From contig JAXGPF010000007.1 of assembly GCA_040767085.1 (NCBI GenBank), positions 224,266-288,265 on the forward strand: a DNA stretch of 64,000 nt. The letters run 5' to 3'. This stretch comes from Kiritimatiellia bacterium (lineage in GTDB: Bacteria; Verrucomicrobiota; Kiritimatiellia; JAAZAB01). The notes under the pieces were generated by a model that searched no databases, was not told where the DNA came from, and saw only the letters and a list, made by a program, of their open reading frames with translations. Shown here one piece after another: positions 9,356 to 19,203 of the stretch. The first letter of the stretch is position 1. Each line of letters begins with the position of its first letter. The position numbers and the translations under genes were made by a program.

Positions 9356-11155
9356 CTATTGCGCCAGTTCCAGTATTTCCGGTGCCACCTTGCGCGTCAG
9401 GGCCAACGACAGGTCATGCACGTCCTCGGGCGAATGCGAAACCAGCGCCTGCTCGGCGATCAGCCGTGCTTCGGTGAAACTGACGCTGCAGAGGGCATCC
9501 TTCACCCGCAGGTAGGCGGAAGGGCTGACGCTGAGTTCGTCCACTCCCAATCCCAGCAGCAAAGGCGTCAGCAGCGGATCGCTGGCCATGCCGCCGCAGA
9601 CACCGGTCCAGATGCCGAACCGGTGGCCGACATCAATCGTGTATTTGATCAGCCGCAGGATGGCAGGATGGGTGGGCTCGTAGAGATAGGCCACGCGTTC
9701 ATTGCCGCGGTCAATCGCCAGGGTGTATTGGATCAAGTCGTTGGTGCCCAGGCTGAAAAACTGGACGTACGGCGCCAGCATATCGGCCACGATTGCGGCG
9801 GACGGCACCTCGATCATGGCGCCCACCTGGATATGGGGATTGAAGGGGTGTCCGCGTTCGAACAACTCCTTCTTGGCCTGGTCCAGAATGACATTCGCCC
9901 GCACGATTTCATCAATGGTGCTGATCATGGGGTACATGATGCGCACATTGCCGCAGACGCTGGCCCTTAAAATCGCGCGCAACTGGGTGCGGAACATGTC
10001 CGGCTGGGCCAGGCAGAAGCGGATGGCGCGCCAGCCCATGAACGGATTGGATTCATCCCAGGCCACATCCATGTTCTTCAGAATCTTATCCCCGCCCAAG
10101 TCAAGGGTGCGGATGATCATGGGGGCGGGCGCAATGCGCTGGGCCACGCTGCGGTAGGCTTCGAACTGTTCTTCTTCCGATGGCACCTCGCTGTGCGACA
10201 TGTAAAAATATTCCGTGCGGAACAGGCCGATGCCTTCCGCCCCGCAATGGACTACCGTCTCAACGTCCTGCGGCACTTCGATGTTGGCGGACAGGGCGAT
10301 GCGGTAGCCGTCGCGGGTTTGCGCGGGGCGGTCTTTGAGTTTTTCCAGATTTGACTCGATGCCCCGCCGCGTTTCGTCGTCGCGCCGGGCCTGCGTGCAA
10401 CGTTCGGCGGAGGGCCGCAACACCGCCAGGCCCTTGGCGCCGTCCACCAGGATCGTATCGCCGGCGCGGACCTCGCGGCTGAGAGTATGCAGACCCAGCA
10501 CCGCGGGAATGCCCAGTTTGGCGGCCAGGATGGCGGCATGCGCCGTGGCGCTGCCCAGGTCGAGGGCCAGGCCGATGACGCGGCTTTTGTCAATGGAAAC
10601 GATTTCCGAGGGCGCCAGATCGCTCGCTACCAGCACGACGTCCTTGGCCGCGGCATCGTCCGGCGACGCCTGGCGGCCGACGAGGTTATGGAGGATGCGG
10701 CGGGTGACATCCTGAACGTCCGCCACGCGTTCGCGCACGTATTCGTCCTTGACCCGGGCCAGGGCCTGCATGAAACCGCGCGCCACATCCTGCAGGATTA
10801 CCTCGACGTTGCGGCGCCGGTTTTCAATGCCGGTGATGACATTTTCGATGAACGGCCGGTCATCGAGAATCAGCAGGTGGGCATCGAAAATGCTGGCCAC
10901 TGCCGGATCGCATTCCTGCTGGAATTCGCGCAACTGGCGGCGCGTGGCAATCAAGGCGGACTCAAACCGGGCGATTTCGCGGGGGACATCCGCCGGTAAA
11001 ATTTCCCGCTCCAACACCCGGTCATCGTGGGCCTGCTTGAGGAAGACGCGGCCCAGGGCCAGCCCCGGCGACACGCCGATGCCGCGGAACAGGCGTTCTT
11101 CAGCGGGCGCATCCGGCGCGGATATACTTTCGGGTGGGTTGGCCATGCCGGTCAT
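9356..11155 (-). CDS. ptsI: PEP-protein phosphotransferase (PTS enzyme I)
   Basis: GIGVSPG, TAHAAI phospho-His, GIGLFRTE, RTLDLGGDK, MIEVP, GTNDLIQY. Confidence 0.96.
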   Translation of the reverse strand: MTGMANPPESISAPDAPAEERLFRGIGVSPGLALGRVFLKQAHDDRVLEREILPADVPREIARFESALIATRRQLREFQQECDPAVASIFDAHLLILDDRPFIENVITGIENRRRNVEVILQDVARGFMQALARVKDEYVRERVADVQDVTRRILHNLVGRQASPDDAAAKDVVLVASDLAPSEIVSIDKSRVIGLALDLGSATAHAAILAAKLGIPAVLGLHTLSREVRAGDTILVDGAKGLAVLRPSAERCTQARRDDETRRGIESNLEKLKDRPAQTRDGYRIALSANIEVPQDVETVVHCGAEGIGLFRTEYFYMSHSEVPSEEEQFEAYRSVAQRIAPAPMIIRTLDLGGDKILKNMDVAWDESNPFMGWRAIRFCLAQPDMFRTQLRAILRASVCGNVRIMYPMISTIDEIVRANVILDQAKKELFERGHPFNPHIQVGAMIEVPSAAIVADMLAPYVQFFSLGTNDLIQYTLAIDRGNERVAYLYEPTHPAILRLIKYTIDVGHRFGIWTGVCGGMASDPLLTPLLLGLGVDELSVSPSAYLRVKDALCSVSFTEARLIAEQALVSHSPEDVHDLSLALTRKVAPEILELAQ

Positions 11156-11463
11156 TCTTCATAAAACTTCTGTTCGAAAAGAGCCTGCAGGGCATCCAGC
11201 GCCTCCTCGGCATCGCGCCCTTCGGCGATGACCTTGAGTTTGACGCCGAAGCCGGCTTCCAGGGTCATCAGGCCCATGATGCTTTTGCCGGAAACCTTGT
11301 TGTCGCCCTTGACTACCGTAATATCGCTCTGGAAACGGGAAGCGGTTTTGACCAGCATGGCCGCCGGCCGGGCATGGATGCCGTATTGATTGCGGATGAC
11401 AAATTCGCGCAAGACCACATTGGACCAGACTGCGGCGGAATTCTTCGCGTTATGACTTCCCAT
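11152..11463 (-). CDS. ptsH: HPr phosphocarrier protein
   Basis: GIHARPA (His15) and KSIMGLM (Ser46). Confidence 0.95.
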   Translation of the reverse strand: MGSHNAKNSAAVWSNVVLREFVIRNQYGIHARPAAMLVKTASRFQSDITVVKGDNKVSGKSIMGLMTLEAGFGVKLKVIAEGRDAEEALDALQALFEQKFYEE

Positions 11464-12397
11464 GTGCCACTCCCTTTGCCATCACGGCCACCAGTTTTTC
11501 ATCGAGTTCCTTGGCGGCATCATGTCCCAGGCGTTTCAATTTCTCGTTCAGCGCGGCAACTTCGATCACCTTGGCCAATTCCCGCCCCGCCGCCACCGGC
11601 ACGATCAAATGCGGGATGGACACCCCCAGAATTTCGCGGAAGCGCGTGGCCATCCGATCGTCGCCTTCCTCAAACTCTTCAAATTTACGCAAAGTCGCCA
11701 CCAGATCAAGTTGCTTCTGATCGCGCACCGCCGCCACGCCGAACAGGCTGGGCACATGGATAATGCCCAGGCCGCGGATTTCCAGGTGGTAACGGGTCAC
11801 GCCGGTGGCGGCGCCGATCACCGTGCGGTCATCGGTGCGCCGCAGCATGGTCACGTCATCCGCCACCAGGCTGTGGCCGCGGGAAACCAAGGCCAGGGCC
11901 GCCTCGCTTTTACCGATGCCCGGCTGGCCTTCAATCAAAACGCCGATGCCCATGATGTCCACCATGGTCCCCTGCAGATTCATCCGGGGCGCCATCAGGT
12001 TTTCCATGACCAGCGTGGCGTGGTTGACGAACGCGCCGGTAATCATGGGGGTGCGCATCACCGGCACGCGGAATTCTTCCGCCAATTGTGCGATTTCCGG
12101 CCAGAAGCGGCGGTTGCGGCAGATGACCAGACAGGGAATCCGGCTGGCGAACAGCCGGCGCAGCGCGGCGCGGCGCCGGGTTTCATCCAGGTGCTGCAGA
12201 AAATCGTTTTCCGCCAAACCCAGCACCTGGATGCGCCGATGGGCAAAATGGCGGTAAAAGCCGGCCAGCGCCAGGCCCGGCCGGTGGATGGCCGGCTCAT
12301 GGATCGCCCGCCCGATGCCGCCGGCGCCGTGCGCCATTTCCAGCGCCAGGTTGGCGCGCGATGCCTCTAAAAAATCCCCGACGGTAATAGCCTTCAT
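11450..12397 (-). CDS. hprK: HPr kinase/phosphorylase
   Basis: HRPGLALAG, GQPGIGKSE Walker A, LVADD, LEIRGLGII; start chosen by RBS (alternative 12412). Confidence 0.95.
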   Translation of the reverse strand: MKAITVGDFLEASRANLALEMAHGAGGIGRAIHEPAIHRPGLALAGFYRHFAHRRIQVLGLAENDFLQHLDETRRRAALRRLFASRIPCLVICRNRRFWPEIAQLAEEFRVPVMRTPMITGAFVNHATLVMENLMAPRMNLQGTMVDIMGIGVLIEGQPGIGKSEAALALVSRGHSLVADDVTMLRRTDDRTVIGAATGVTRYHLEIRGLGIIHVPSLFGVAAVRDQKQLDLVATLRKFEEFEEGDDRMATRFREILGVSIPHLIVPVAAGRELAKVIEVAALNEKLKRLGHDAAKELDEKLVAVMAKGVAHGKS

Positions 12398-12436
12398 TCT
12401 ACCAATCCTCATGCGCGGCCGTCGCCGCTCTCCCGG

Positions 12437-12790
12437 TCATTCCGCCGGCGGGTTCTTTTCGCGATCCACCAGGCGTTCGCGATGCGCGGGAATCTTGTGA
12501 TCCACTACTTTGTCCCGGGCGCGGCGGAGTTGGCGATCTATCTTTTCCGCCACGGCATCAACGGATTTGTACATGTCGTCCGTTTCAGCCTTGGCTTCGC
12601 CCGACAGGTACTGCTTGCCCTGCACGACGACTTGAGCCCAATGGCGGAATTTTTCCACGCCCAGAATGACATGCGCGTGCTCCACCGCCGGGTATTCGGC
12701 CAGCACCGGCATCAGCCGCCCCTGCACATATTCGCGGATGGCATCCGTGACTTCCAAGTGGCGGCTGGTAATTTGAATGATCATCTTCAT
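12437..12790 (-). CDS. hpf: Ribosome hibernation factor HPF/RaiA (short form)
   Basis: IQITSRHLEVTDAIREYV...DMYKSVDAVAEKIDRQLRR. Confidence 0.92.
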   Translation of the reverse strand: MKMIIQITSRHLEVTDAIREYVQGRLMPVLAEYPAVEHAHVILGVEKFRHWAQVVVQGKQYLSGEAKAETDDMYKSVDAVAEKIDRQLRRARDKVVDHKIPAHRERLVDREKNPPAE

Positions 12791-13008
12791 GTCTCCTTCG
12801 ATTTATTGCGCTGCACTCTCATGCGGACTGACGCCCGCAACCCGTCCAACCGCGGATTGCCGAATGATGATCGCCGAATAATGCAGGACTGAGCCTTTAT
12901 TGACTGCTATATTACGCGGCTCAACATTCGTCAATTTGCGGTTAAATTTTTCTTGTTTCCCTTGACAGCCTTTCAGCGATACGGCGTTCAAACCGCACGC
13001 AAGGGAGG

Positions 13009-13743
13009 CTACATGCTGAAACGCGGCCCCAGATATAATTCGCGGCTGAGCTGGTCATCTATCAAAAACGAGCTGGATCCCTCCCGCAGGACCTTGCCCT
13101 CGCAAATCAGGTAAGCGCGGTCAACGATCGTCAGGGTTTCCCGCACATTGTGGTCGGTAATCAGAATCGCGAGGCCTTTCCGCTTCAACTCCCGGATGAT
13201 TTCCTGCACATCGTAAACGGCCAGCGGGTCCACTCCGCTGAACGGCTCGTCCAGCAGAATGGCGGAGGGATTGGTCACCAGAGCCCGGGTGATTTCCAGG
13301 CGGCGCCGCTCGCCGCCGCTGAGGGTATAGGCATACTGGTTGGCCAGGTGGCTGATATCCAGTTCGCGCAGCAGCTCCTCCAGGCGGCTCCGGCGTTCCG
13401 CGCGCGACAGCGGCAGCATTTCCAGGATGGCCATGACGTTTTCCGCCACCGTCAGCTTGCGGAAAATCGAGGGCTCCTGGGAAAGGTATCCCATTCCCAG
13501 GCGCGCCCGCTGGTGCATCGGCAAACGGGTGACATCCCGCTGGTTAAAGAGCACGCGCCCCTCAAAGGGCGCGATGAGGCCGACAATCATGTAGAAGGTC
13601 GTGGTTTTGCCGGCGCCGTTGGGCCCCAGCAGGCCGACCACCTCACCCCGCCGGACATTGATGCATGCGCCGTCTACGACGCGGCGACCATGGTAAATCT
13701 TGACGAGATTTTCCGTTAAGATCAGCGGTTGTTCATCGGCCAT
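13009..13743 (-). CDS. lptB: LPS export ABC ATPase
   Basis: GPNGAGKTT, LSGGERRR, DEPFSGVDP, ITDHNVRETL, YLG. Confidence 0.97.
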   Translation of the reverse strand: MADEQPLILTENLVKIYHGRRVVDGACINVRRGEVVGLLGPNGAGKTTTFYMIVGLIAPFEGRVLFNQRDVTRLPMHQRARLGMGYLSQEPSIFRKLTVAENVMAILEMLPLSRAERRSRLEELLRELDISHLANQYAYTLSGGERRRLEITRALVTNPSAILLDEPFSGVDPLAVYDVQEIIRELKRKGLAILITDHNVRETLTIVDRAYLICEGKVLREGSSSFLIDDQLSRELYLGPRFSM

Positions 13744-13758
13744 ATAATCCAATCCCTG

Positions 13759-14262
13759 TCATTTGCGGTCCATGATCCCGGTCAGCGCCTCGCGCTCGGA
13801 ATGCAGCACCAGGCGGGCGTTCGGTTCGCACAGGATGCGGCTGGAATCGCGCCAGAAGGTGATGGTTTCGCCGGTCAGCATATCGCGCCCGCGGCGGACG
13901 AGCGGGTTGACGGACAAGACCACCTTGCCCTCCGCCACGTCGTAATCCGCGCGGCCGCCGCTGGCCGCCAGTTGTTCCTGCTCGATCTGGACCCGCCCCT
14001 CGGCAAACAGCTTCTGCACCTGGTTGTCCTCGGTGAAGATGACCGTCAGCCGGTCGGACTTGATCCGTATCTGGGGGTCCACCACCAGCACATCGCCGTC
14101 AAACACCGCTTCGCGCTTTTTCTGTTCGAAATTCAAACTGCGGGAAGTGATGACCGTGCCGGCATCTTCCCCGGCAGCCACGGCGCCGGTCGTCTCGGCG
14201 GCAACCGCCGGAGCGGCGGCCAGGCTCAGGCAAAACGCCAAAATATAATACTTGGTTTTCAT
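13759..14262 (-). CDS. lptA: LptA/OstA-family periplasmic LPS transport protein
   Basis: Signal peptide, AVFDGDVLV, AEGRVQIEQ, LTGETITF; directly upstream of lptB; ATGA overlap with lptC. Confidence 0.88.
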   Translation of the reverse strand: MKTKYYILAFCLSLAAAPAVAAETTGAVAAGEDAGTVITSRSLNFEQKKREAVFDGDVLVVDPQIRIKSDRLTVIFTEDNQVQKLFAEGRVQIEQEQLAASGGRADYDVAEGKVVLSVNPLVRRGRDMLTGETITFWRDSSRILCEPNARLVLHSEREALTGIMDRK

Positions 14263-14735
14263 TCTTGCGTCATTTTTTTCAAGACTACCCTGGTATTGTT
14301 GCTGATGGCAAACGAGCCGTCGGCGGCCCGCCACACGAATCCTTCCCCGGACAGCACGGCTTCCGCGCGCGCGATGGTCACGGCGGAAGTCGAGGTGGCC
14401 ACGCGCCGGGCGCGATCGAACAGGCAATCGGGAGCGCTGATTTCGGTGACCGCCCGGCCCTCTTCGTAGAACACCATATGCAAATTTTTAATGCGGATCA
14501 AGTCCTGCGACTGCGCCTGAGCCTCGTCGCCGGCCACTTCCATTTTCAAACGGCCCTGCTCGTCGTATTCCGGGTAGCGGAACCCCCTGATCAAGGTCAA
14601 ATTGGGGTCCGCCGCGGCCAGGGCGCCGGCCAGCGCCGCGCACCAGACCGCCGCCCAAAACCGCTTTTCATCTGGCCTGCCCCGCCCCATCGCAACCCCT
14701 TTAAGCGGCGCGCAGCGGCCGCGGTTCATATGCAT
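14259..14735 (-). CDS. lptC: LptC-like protein
   Basis: N-terminal hydrophobic segment, beta-jellyroll-like pattern (ISAPDCLFD, LSGEGFVW), position between kdsA and lptA; start uncertain. Confidence 0.75.
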   Translation of the reverse strand: MHMNRGRCAPLKGVAMGRGRPDEKRFWAAVWCAALAGALAAADPNLTLIRGFRYPEYDEQGRLKMEVAGDEAQAQSQDLIRIKNLHMVFYEEGRAVTEISAPDCLFDRARRVATSTSAVTIARAEAVLSGEGFVWRAADGSFAISNNTRVVLKKMTQE

Positions 14736-14739
14736 TGTT

Positions 14740-15558
14740 CTAGCCGCGGACAATTATATCAATCCGCCGCAAATTTTTCCAGCACGATTTGAGGGCGGAC
14801 AAGGGCATGACCGTCGCGGCGTCCGACAGCGCGCGCGCCGGCGCGGAGTGCGTCTCGATGAAAACGGCATCGCAGCCTACCGCCACCGCGCCCCGCGCCA
14901 GCGGCGCCGCCCAGCGCGCATCGCCGCCGCTGTGCGAACCGGCCTTGCCCGGCAGCTGCACGCTATGCGTCGCGTCAAATACCACCGGGTAGCCGAGTTC
15001 GCGCATGATCAGCAGACTGCGCATGTCGGCCACCAGGTTGTTGTAACCGAAGGAAACGCCGCGTTCGACGAGCATGATCTGGCGGTTGCCGGTGCTTTCC
15101 AGCTTGGCGACCACGGCCGCCATATCCCAGGGCGCCAGGAACTGCCCTTTTTTGATGTTGACCGGCCGGCCGGATTCGCCCAGGGCCAGGACCAGGTCGG
15201 TCTGCCGGCATAAAAACGCGGGGCATTGCAGCGCGTCCGCGACGCGCGCCGCCAGCGGCACTTCGGTTTCGCTGTGGACATCCGTCAGGACGGGCAGGCC
15301 GTACCGTTCCTTCACTTCGCGCAGGATCTCGAGGCCGCGCACCAAGCCCGGCCCGCGGAAGGAAGTATGCGCGGAGCGGTTGGCCTTGTCGTAGGAAGCC
15401 TTGAAAATCAGGGGGATTTTTTCCGCCGCCGCGAGCCGCGCCAGGCGGCCCGCCAGTTGCAGACAGTGCTTCCGGCTTTCAATGACACAGGGGCCGGCGA
15501 TTAAAGCCAGCGGATGCCCCGCGCCGATCCTGATTTTTCCAATTTTCACAGTGCGCAT
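14740..15558 (-). CDS. kdsA: KDO-8-phosphate synthase
   Basis: IAGPCVIES, KASYDKANRS, NIKKGQF, FDATHSVQ; CAGGAG RBS. Confidence 0.97.
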   Translation of the reverse strand: MRTVKIGKIRIGAGHPLALIAGPCVIESRKHCLQLAGRLARLAAAEKIPLIFKASYDKANRSAHTSFRGPGLVRGLEILREVKERYGLPVLTDVHSETEVPLAARVADALQCPAFLCRQTDLVLALGESGRPVNIKKGQFLAPWDMAAVVAKLESTGNRQIMLVERGVSFGYNNLVADMRSLLIMRELGYPVVFDATHSVQLPGKAGSHSGGDARWAAPLARGAVAVGCDAVFIETHSAPARALSDAATVMPLSALKSCWKNLRRIDIIVRG

Positions 15559-15581
15559 GCAGTGCTCCTGTTCCGGTATTC

Positions 15582-16337
15582 CTATCGCGCCAGCCCCGCC
15601 CGCCGCAGGGCCGCCTCCGCCGCAGGCACATCCGCCGGGGTGTCCACCCCCACGCCGGCATAATCGGTCTGGACCACGCCGATGCGCCCGCCGATATGCA
15701 AAGCCCGCAGTTGTTCCAGGCACTCCGCCCGCTCCAGCAGGCTGGGCGGTTCGCGCACCAGCTGCTCCAGGAATGCGCGGCGGTAAAGGTATATGCCGAT
15801 ATGCCGCCAGTGCAAAGGTCCGGCATGCCGGAACTGCGCATCGCGCAGAAATGGAATCGGATGGCGTGAAAAATACAGCGCCCGTCCAGCGGCATCGAAC
15901 ACCACTTTGCAGACCGAAGGACTGGCCAGCAAGGCGGCATCCGCCGGCGCCGCGAGCGGCGCCGCCGCCGTGACCATGTCCCAGTCGGCCGCCCCGGCCG
16001 TGTTCACCAACCGGTCAATCAATCCCGGATCCATCAACGGTTCGTCCCCCTGGATGTTCACCACCAGGTCCGCGTCCATCCCCCGCACCACTTCCGCCGC
16101 GCGGTCGGTGCCGGAAGGATGCGCGGCGGAAGTCATGACCGTCCGGGCGCCGCAGGCCGCGGCCGCCTGCCGGATGCGCTCGTCATCCGTGGCCACCACC
16201 AGTTCATCCAGCCGCCGCGCCAGGCGGCTGCGCTCCCAGACCCACTGCACCAGTGGTTTGCCGCAAAGCCGCACCAGCCCTTTGCCGGGAAACCGCGTGG
16301 AGCCCCAGCGCGCCGGTATTACACCGATCGTTTTCAT
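15582..16337 (-). CDS. kdsB: CMP-KDO synthetase
   Basis: IPARWGSTRFPGK, NIQGDEP, ALYFSR, HIGIY, LEQLRAL, VDTPAD. Confidence 0.97.
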   Translation of the reverse strand: MKTIGVIPARWGSTRFPGKGLVRLCGKPLVQWVWERSRLARRLDELVVATDDERIRQAAAACGARTVMTSAAHPSGTDRAAEVVRGMDADLVVNIQGDEPLMDPGLIDRLVNTAGAADWDMVTAAAPLAAPADAALLASPSVCKVVFDAAGRALYFSRHPIPFLRDAQFRHAGPLHWRHIGIYLYRRAFLEQLVREPPSLLERAECLEQLRALHIGGRIGVVQTDYAGVGVDTPADVPAAEAALRRAGLAR

Positions 16338-16375
16338 CTTTTATCTACCCTCTGTGCCTCTATCCCTCTGTGCCT

Positions 16376-17428
16376 TTACCGCTTTACCGACGCGTTGCGG
16401 CTGCCGCAATCGCCGGCTTGCCGCTGAATGGTCATGAAATCCAGCAACTCGCGGGCAGAACAGCCGGCGGTGCCCAGTTTGCCCACCACCACCCCCGCGG
16501 CGCAATTGGCCAATTCCGCCGCGCGCACATGGTCGGCGCCCGCCGCCAAGGCCAGCAGCAGCGCGGCGATCACCGTGTCGCCGGCGCCGCTGACGTCAAA
16601 GACTTCGCGCGCCACCGTCGGAATATGCCGCGCTGGGCCACGGCGGTCCAGCAGCAGCATGCCCTGCGCGCCGAGGGTAATCACCAGGAAGCGCGGCTGC
16701 CACTGCCGCATCAGGATACCGGCCACTTCCAGCAGCGGCCGGTCCCGCAACGGATCGGCGGCAGGCGGCCGTTCGGGGATGCGGGCCAGCAGAAACGCTT
16801 CCTTGCGATTGGGCGTAGCGGCGGTCAGCCCGTCCAGCCGCAAATCGGCATTGTCTTTCGGATCCATGGCCACCGGAATCTGCCGACGGCGCGCCGCGTC
16901 CAGCAGAGCATTCATCAATTCCTGGCGGACGGCGCCCTTGGAATAGTCTTCCACGATGATGCCGTCGGCTGTTTCCGCCAGGCCGGCGGCCAGCCGGCAG
17001 AAACGCCGCATGATGACGGCGGTCAGCCGGCCATCGCCGTCCCAGTCAATCCGCGCTACCTGCTGGCGCTCGGCCAATACGCGCGTTTTGACGGTCGTGC
17101 GCCGGGACGGCGCCCGCACCACTCCCGCGGCGGAAACTTTTTCCTGCCGCAGCACTTTGAGGAGGGCCCGGCCGGCCGGATCGCACCCTACCACCCCGCT
17201 TAAAATCGCCTGCCCGCCCAGGGTTTGCACATTGCGCGCCACATTGGCCGCCCCGCCCGGGACGTCGCGTTCGTCGTTGACCCGCACCACCGGCACCGGC
17301 GCCTCGGGCGAAATACGACTGACCGACCCGTAAATGTAGCGGTCCAGCATTAAGTCGCCTACCACCAGGATGCGGCAGCGTTGAAACCGCTTGATCAACC
17401 TGCCGGCCCACTGTCCGCGGGTATGCAT
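16376..17428 (-). CDS. hldA: D-glycero-manno-heptose-7-phosphate kinase (stand-alone HldE kinase domain)
   Basis: VGDLMLDRY...RISPEAPVPVV, GGAANVA, DYSKG, DVSGAGDT. Confidence 0.92.
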   Translation of the reverse strand: MHTRGQWAGRLIKRFQRCRILVVGDLMLDRYIYGSVSRISPEAPVPVVRVNDERDVPGGAANVARNVQTLGGQAILSGVVGCDPAGRALLKVLRQEKVSAAGVVRAPSRRTTVKTRVLAERQQVARIDWDGDGRLTAVIMRRFCRLAAGLAETADGIIVEDYSKGAVRQELMNALLDAARRRQIPVAMDPKDNADLRLDGLTAATPNRKEAFLLARIPERPPAADPLRDRPLLEVAGILMRQWQPRFLVITLGAQGMLLLDRRGPARHIPTVAREVFDVSGAGDTVIAALLLALAAGADHVRAAELANCAAGVVVGKLGTAGCSARELLDFMTIQRQAGDCGSRNASVKR

Positions 17429-18351
17429 TAATTTTCCTCCCTCTCCCCTTGGGCCACCGCCGGCGGCCGCCAGCGGTCCTGGCCCGGACCTTCCACCCGC
17501 TGCAGCATCACCCGCACCGTGCCCACGGGGACCTTCGCCGTAGCCATGGTGCAGAGGCAGCGCTGATCGTCGGAAATCCAGACCCGCAGCCGCCCGGCTT
17601 TGATAAACACGCCTTTAAACTTGGCGTCCGGCTCGACCAGCAGGCTGCGGACGGAGCCGTATTCCGGCAATTTGACATTCTCGTACTGGCGCGTTTGCAC
17701 AACCAGGTCGTACAACTTCTCATTCGCCATTACCCGGCCGGACAGCGCGCTGTCCGGCTGCCAGGCATGGCGGCGCATATAATACATGTAACTCATCATA
17801 TCGCGGGTGTCTGCCTCAATCGGGAACTCTGCCTCGGAATTCTCGCGCAGCAGATGCTTCCAGTGCGCCCGGAGCGCGCCATGATCGAAGGTGGTTACCT
17901 CGTGCAGGCGGTAGCGGCCCTCGCTCAAGCGCCGGGTAAACCGCAGCGGCAGGAAGGTCAGGGGATCGACAACGCTTTCCAGGAAATCGTCCACGGGGAA
18001 GATTTTTTCCAGAACGGACACGGTCTGGATGCGGGCGCGGATGGCCAGCAGGATCCGACCGTCTTCCTCGATCCACTCGTTCCAGATGCGCGCATCCCCG
18101 ACATGCAGAAAGCCCCAATGGACCGAGTACACCAGGATTTCCCCCGCGGGGAATGAGAATTCAGGCCGGGCTGCGACTGCCGCGGCGGCGGCTGTCGCCG
18201 GCGCGTCGCTCTGCGCCCGGACGGGCGGATCGGCGGGAAACTCCGCCGGCGGCGGAATGGTTTCCGTTTGCGCTCCGGCCAGGGCGGCGCAGCACAGACT
18301 CCCTGCCAACCCCGCGGCCCATGACCGCCGCCGCATTAATTTATGGCGCAT
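17428..18351 (-). CDS. Exported DUF3108-family protein
   Basis: Signal peptide; F-x-x-GE-x-L-x-Y-x-V-x-W pattern and WISDD...KVPVG. Confidence 0.75.
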   Translation of the reverse strand: MRHKLMRRRSWAAGLAGSLCCAALAGAQTETIPPPAEFPADPPVRAQSDAPATAAAAAVAARPEFSFPAGEILVYSVHWGFLHVGDARIWNEWIEEDGRILLAIRARIQTVSVLEKIFPVDDFLESVVDPLTFLPLRFTRRLSEGRYRLHEVTTFDHGALRAHWKHLLRENSEAEFPIEADTRDMMSYMYYMRRHAWQPDSALSGRVMANEKLYDLVVQTRQYENVKLPEYGSVRSLLVEPDAKFKGVFIKAGRLRVWISDDQRCLCTMATAKVPVGTVRVMLQRVEGPGQDRWRPPAVAQGEREEN

Positions 18352-18366
18352 AAACCTCCGGCTTGT

Positions 18367-19188
18367 TCATTGTTCCAATTCCGCCGCGCGCCGACAGGCG
18401 GCGTCCAGCGCCGCGCCGACCACCGCCGTAAATTCACGATCCTCCAGCACCCGCAAAGCCGCGGCCGTCGTGCCGCCGCGCGAGGTTACCCGCGCGCGCA
18501 ATTCCGCCGGCGGCAGGCCGGTTTCCCGGAGCATGCGCCCGGCGCCCTCCATCGTTGCCGCTGTTAATGCGGCCGCGGCCCGGAGCGGCAGCCCCAACCG
18601 TTCCCCGGCCTGCGCCATGGCCTCGGCCAGGTAAAAGACATAGGCCGGCCCGCTGCCGCTGAGCGCGGTCACGGCATTCAAATGCCGCTCCTCCATTTCC
18701 AGCGCCAGGCCGGCGGCGGCGAAAAGGCGGCGCGCCAGCTCGGCGTCGGCCGGTGTCGCGCGGGCGCCCCGGCAGAAAGCCGTAGCGCCGGCGCCCACCA
18801 GCGCCGGCATATTCGGCATCGCCCGCACCAGCCGCGGACGCTCCCCCAACCCCTCCGCCAGGCGGCGCAGCGACACGCCGGCGGCAATGCTGATCGCCAG
18901 GTGGCGCGGCTCCATGGCGCCGCGGATTTCCGCCAGCACCCCCGGCAGCGCCTGCGGCTTGACCGCCAGGATCACCACGTCGGCCGCGCGCACGGCCGCC
19001 AGGTTGTCCGGCGCCGATCCCACCCCGTAGGTTCCCCGAAAATGCGCCAGGCGGCCGGCATCCACGTCCGCCATCGCCACCCGTTCCGGGCAACTGACGC
19101 CGGCGCGGATCAACCCGCGCACCAGCGCTTCCGCCATGTTGCCGGCGCCGATGAAAGCCAGCCGCTCCGGGATTTGATTGTCTTGCAT
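18367..19188 (-). CDS. proC: Pyrroline-5-carboxylate reductase
   Basis: FIGAGNMA, AVKPQ, RAMPN, ALSGSGPAY, VTSRGGTT. Confidence 0.96.
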   Translation of the reverse strand: MQDNQIPERLAFIGAGNMAEALVRGLIRAGVSCPERVAMADVDAGRLAHFRGTYGVGSAPDNLAAVRAADVVILAVKPQALPGVLAEIRGAMEPRHLAISIAAGVSLRRLAEGLGERPRLVRAMPNMPALVGAGATAFCRGARATPADAELARRLFAAAGLALEMEERHLNAVTALSGSGPAYVFYLAEAMAQAGERLGLPLRAAAALTAATMEGAGRMLRETGLPPAELRARVTSRGGTTAAALRVLEDREFTAVVGAALDAACRRAAELEQ

Positions 19189-19203
19189 GATCAGCCTCTC
19201 CTC

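Noticed and set aside
9356-12397. EI-HPr-HprK without EII genes
   Set aside because: An incomplete regulatory PTS next to lptB/hpf is well known.
15558-15582. No pyrG between kdsB and kdsA
   Set aside because: Ordinary gene-order variation with no remnant visible.
16348-16390. Direct repeat CCCTCTGTGCCT x2; similar short degenerate repeats at 2140-2220
   Set aside because: Too short and too few for an array; probably repeat remnants.
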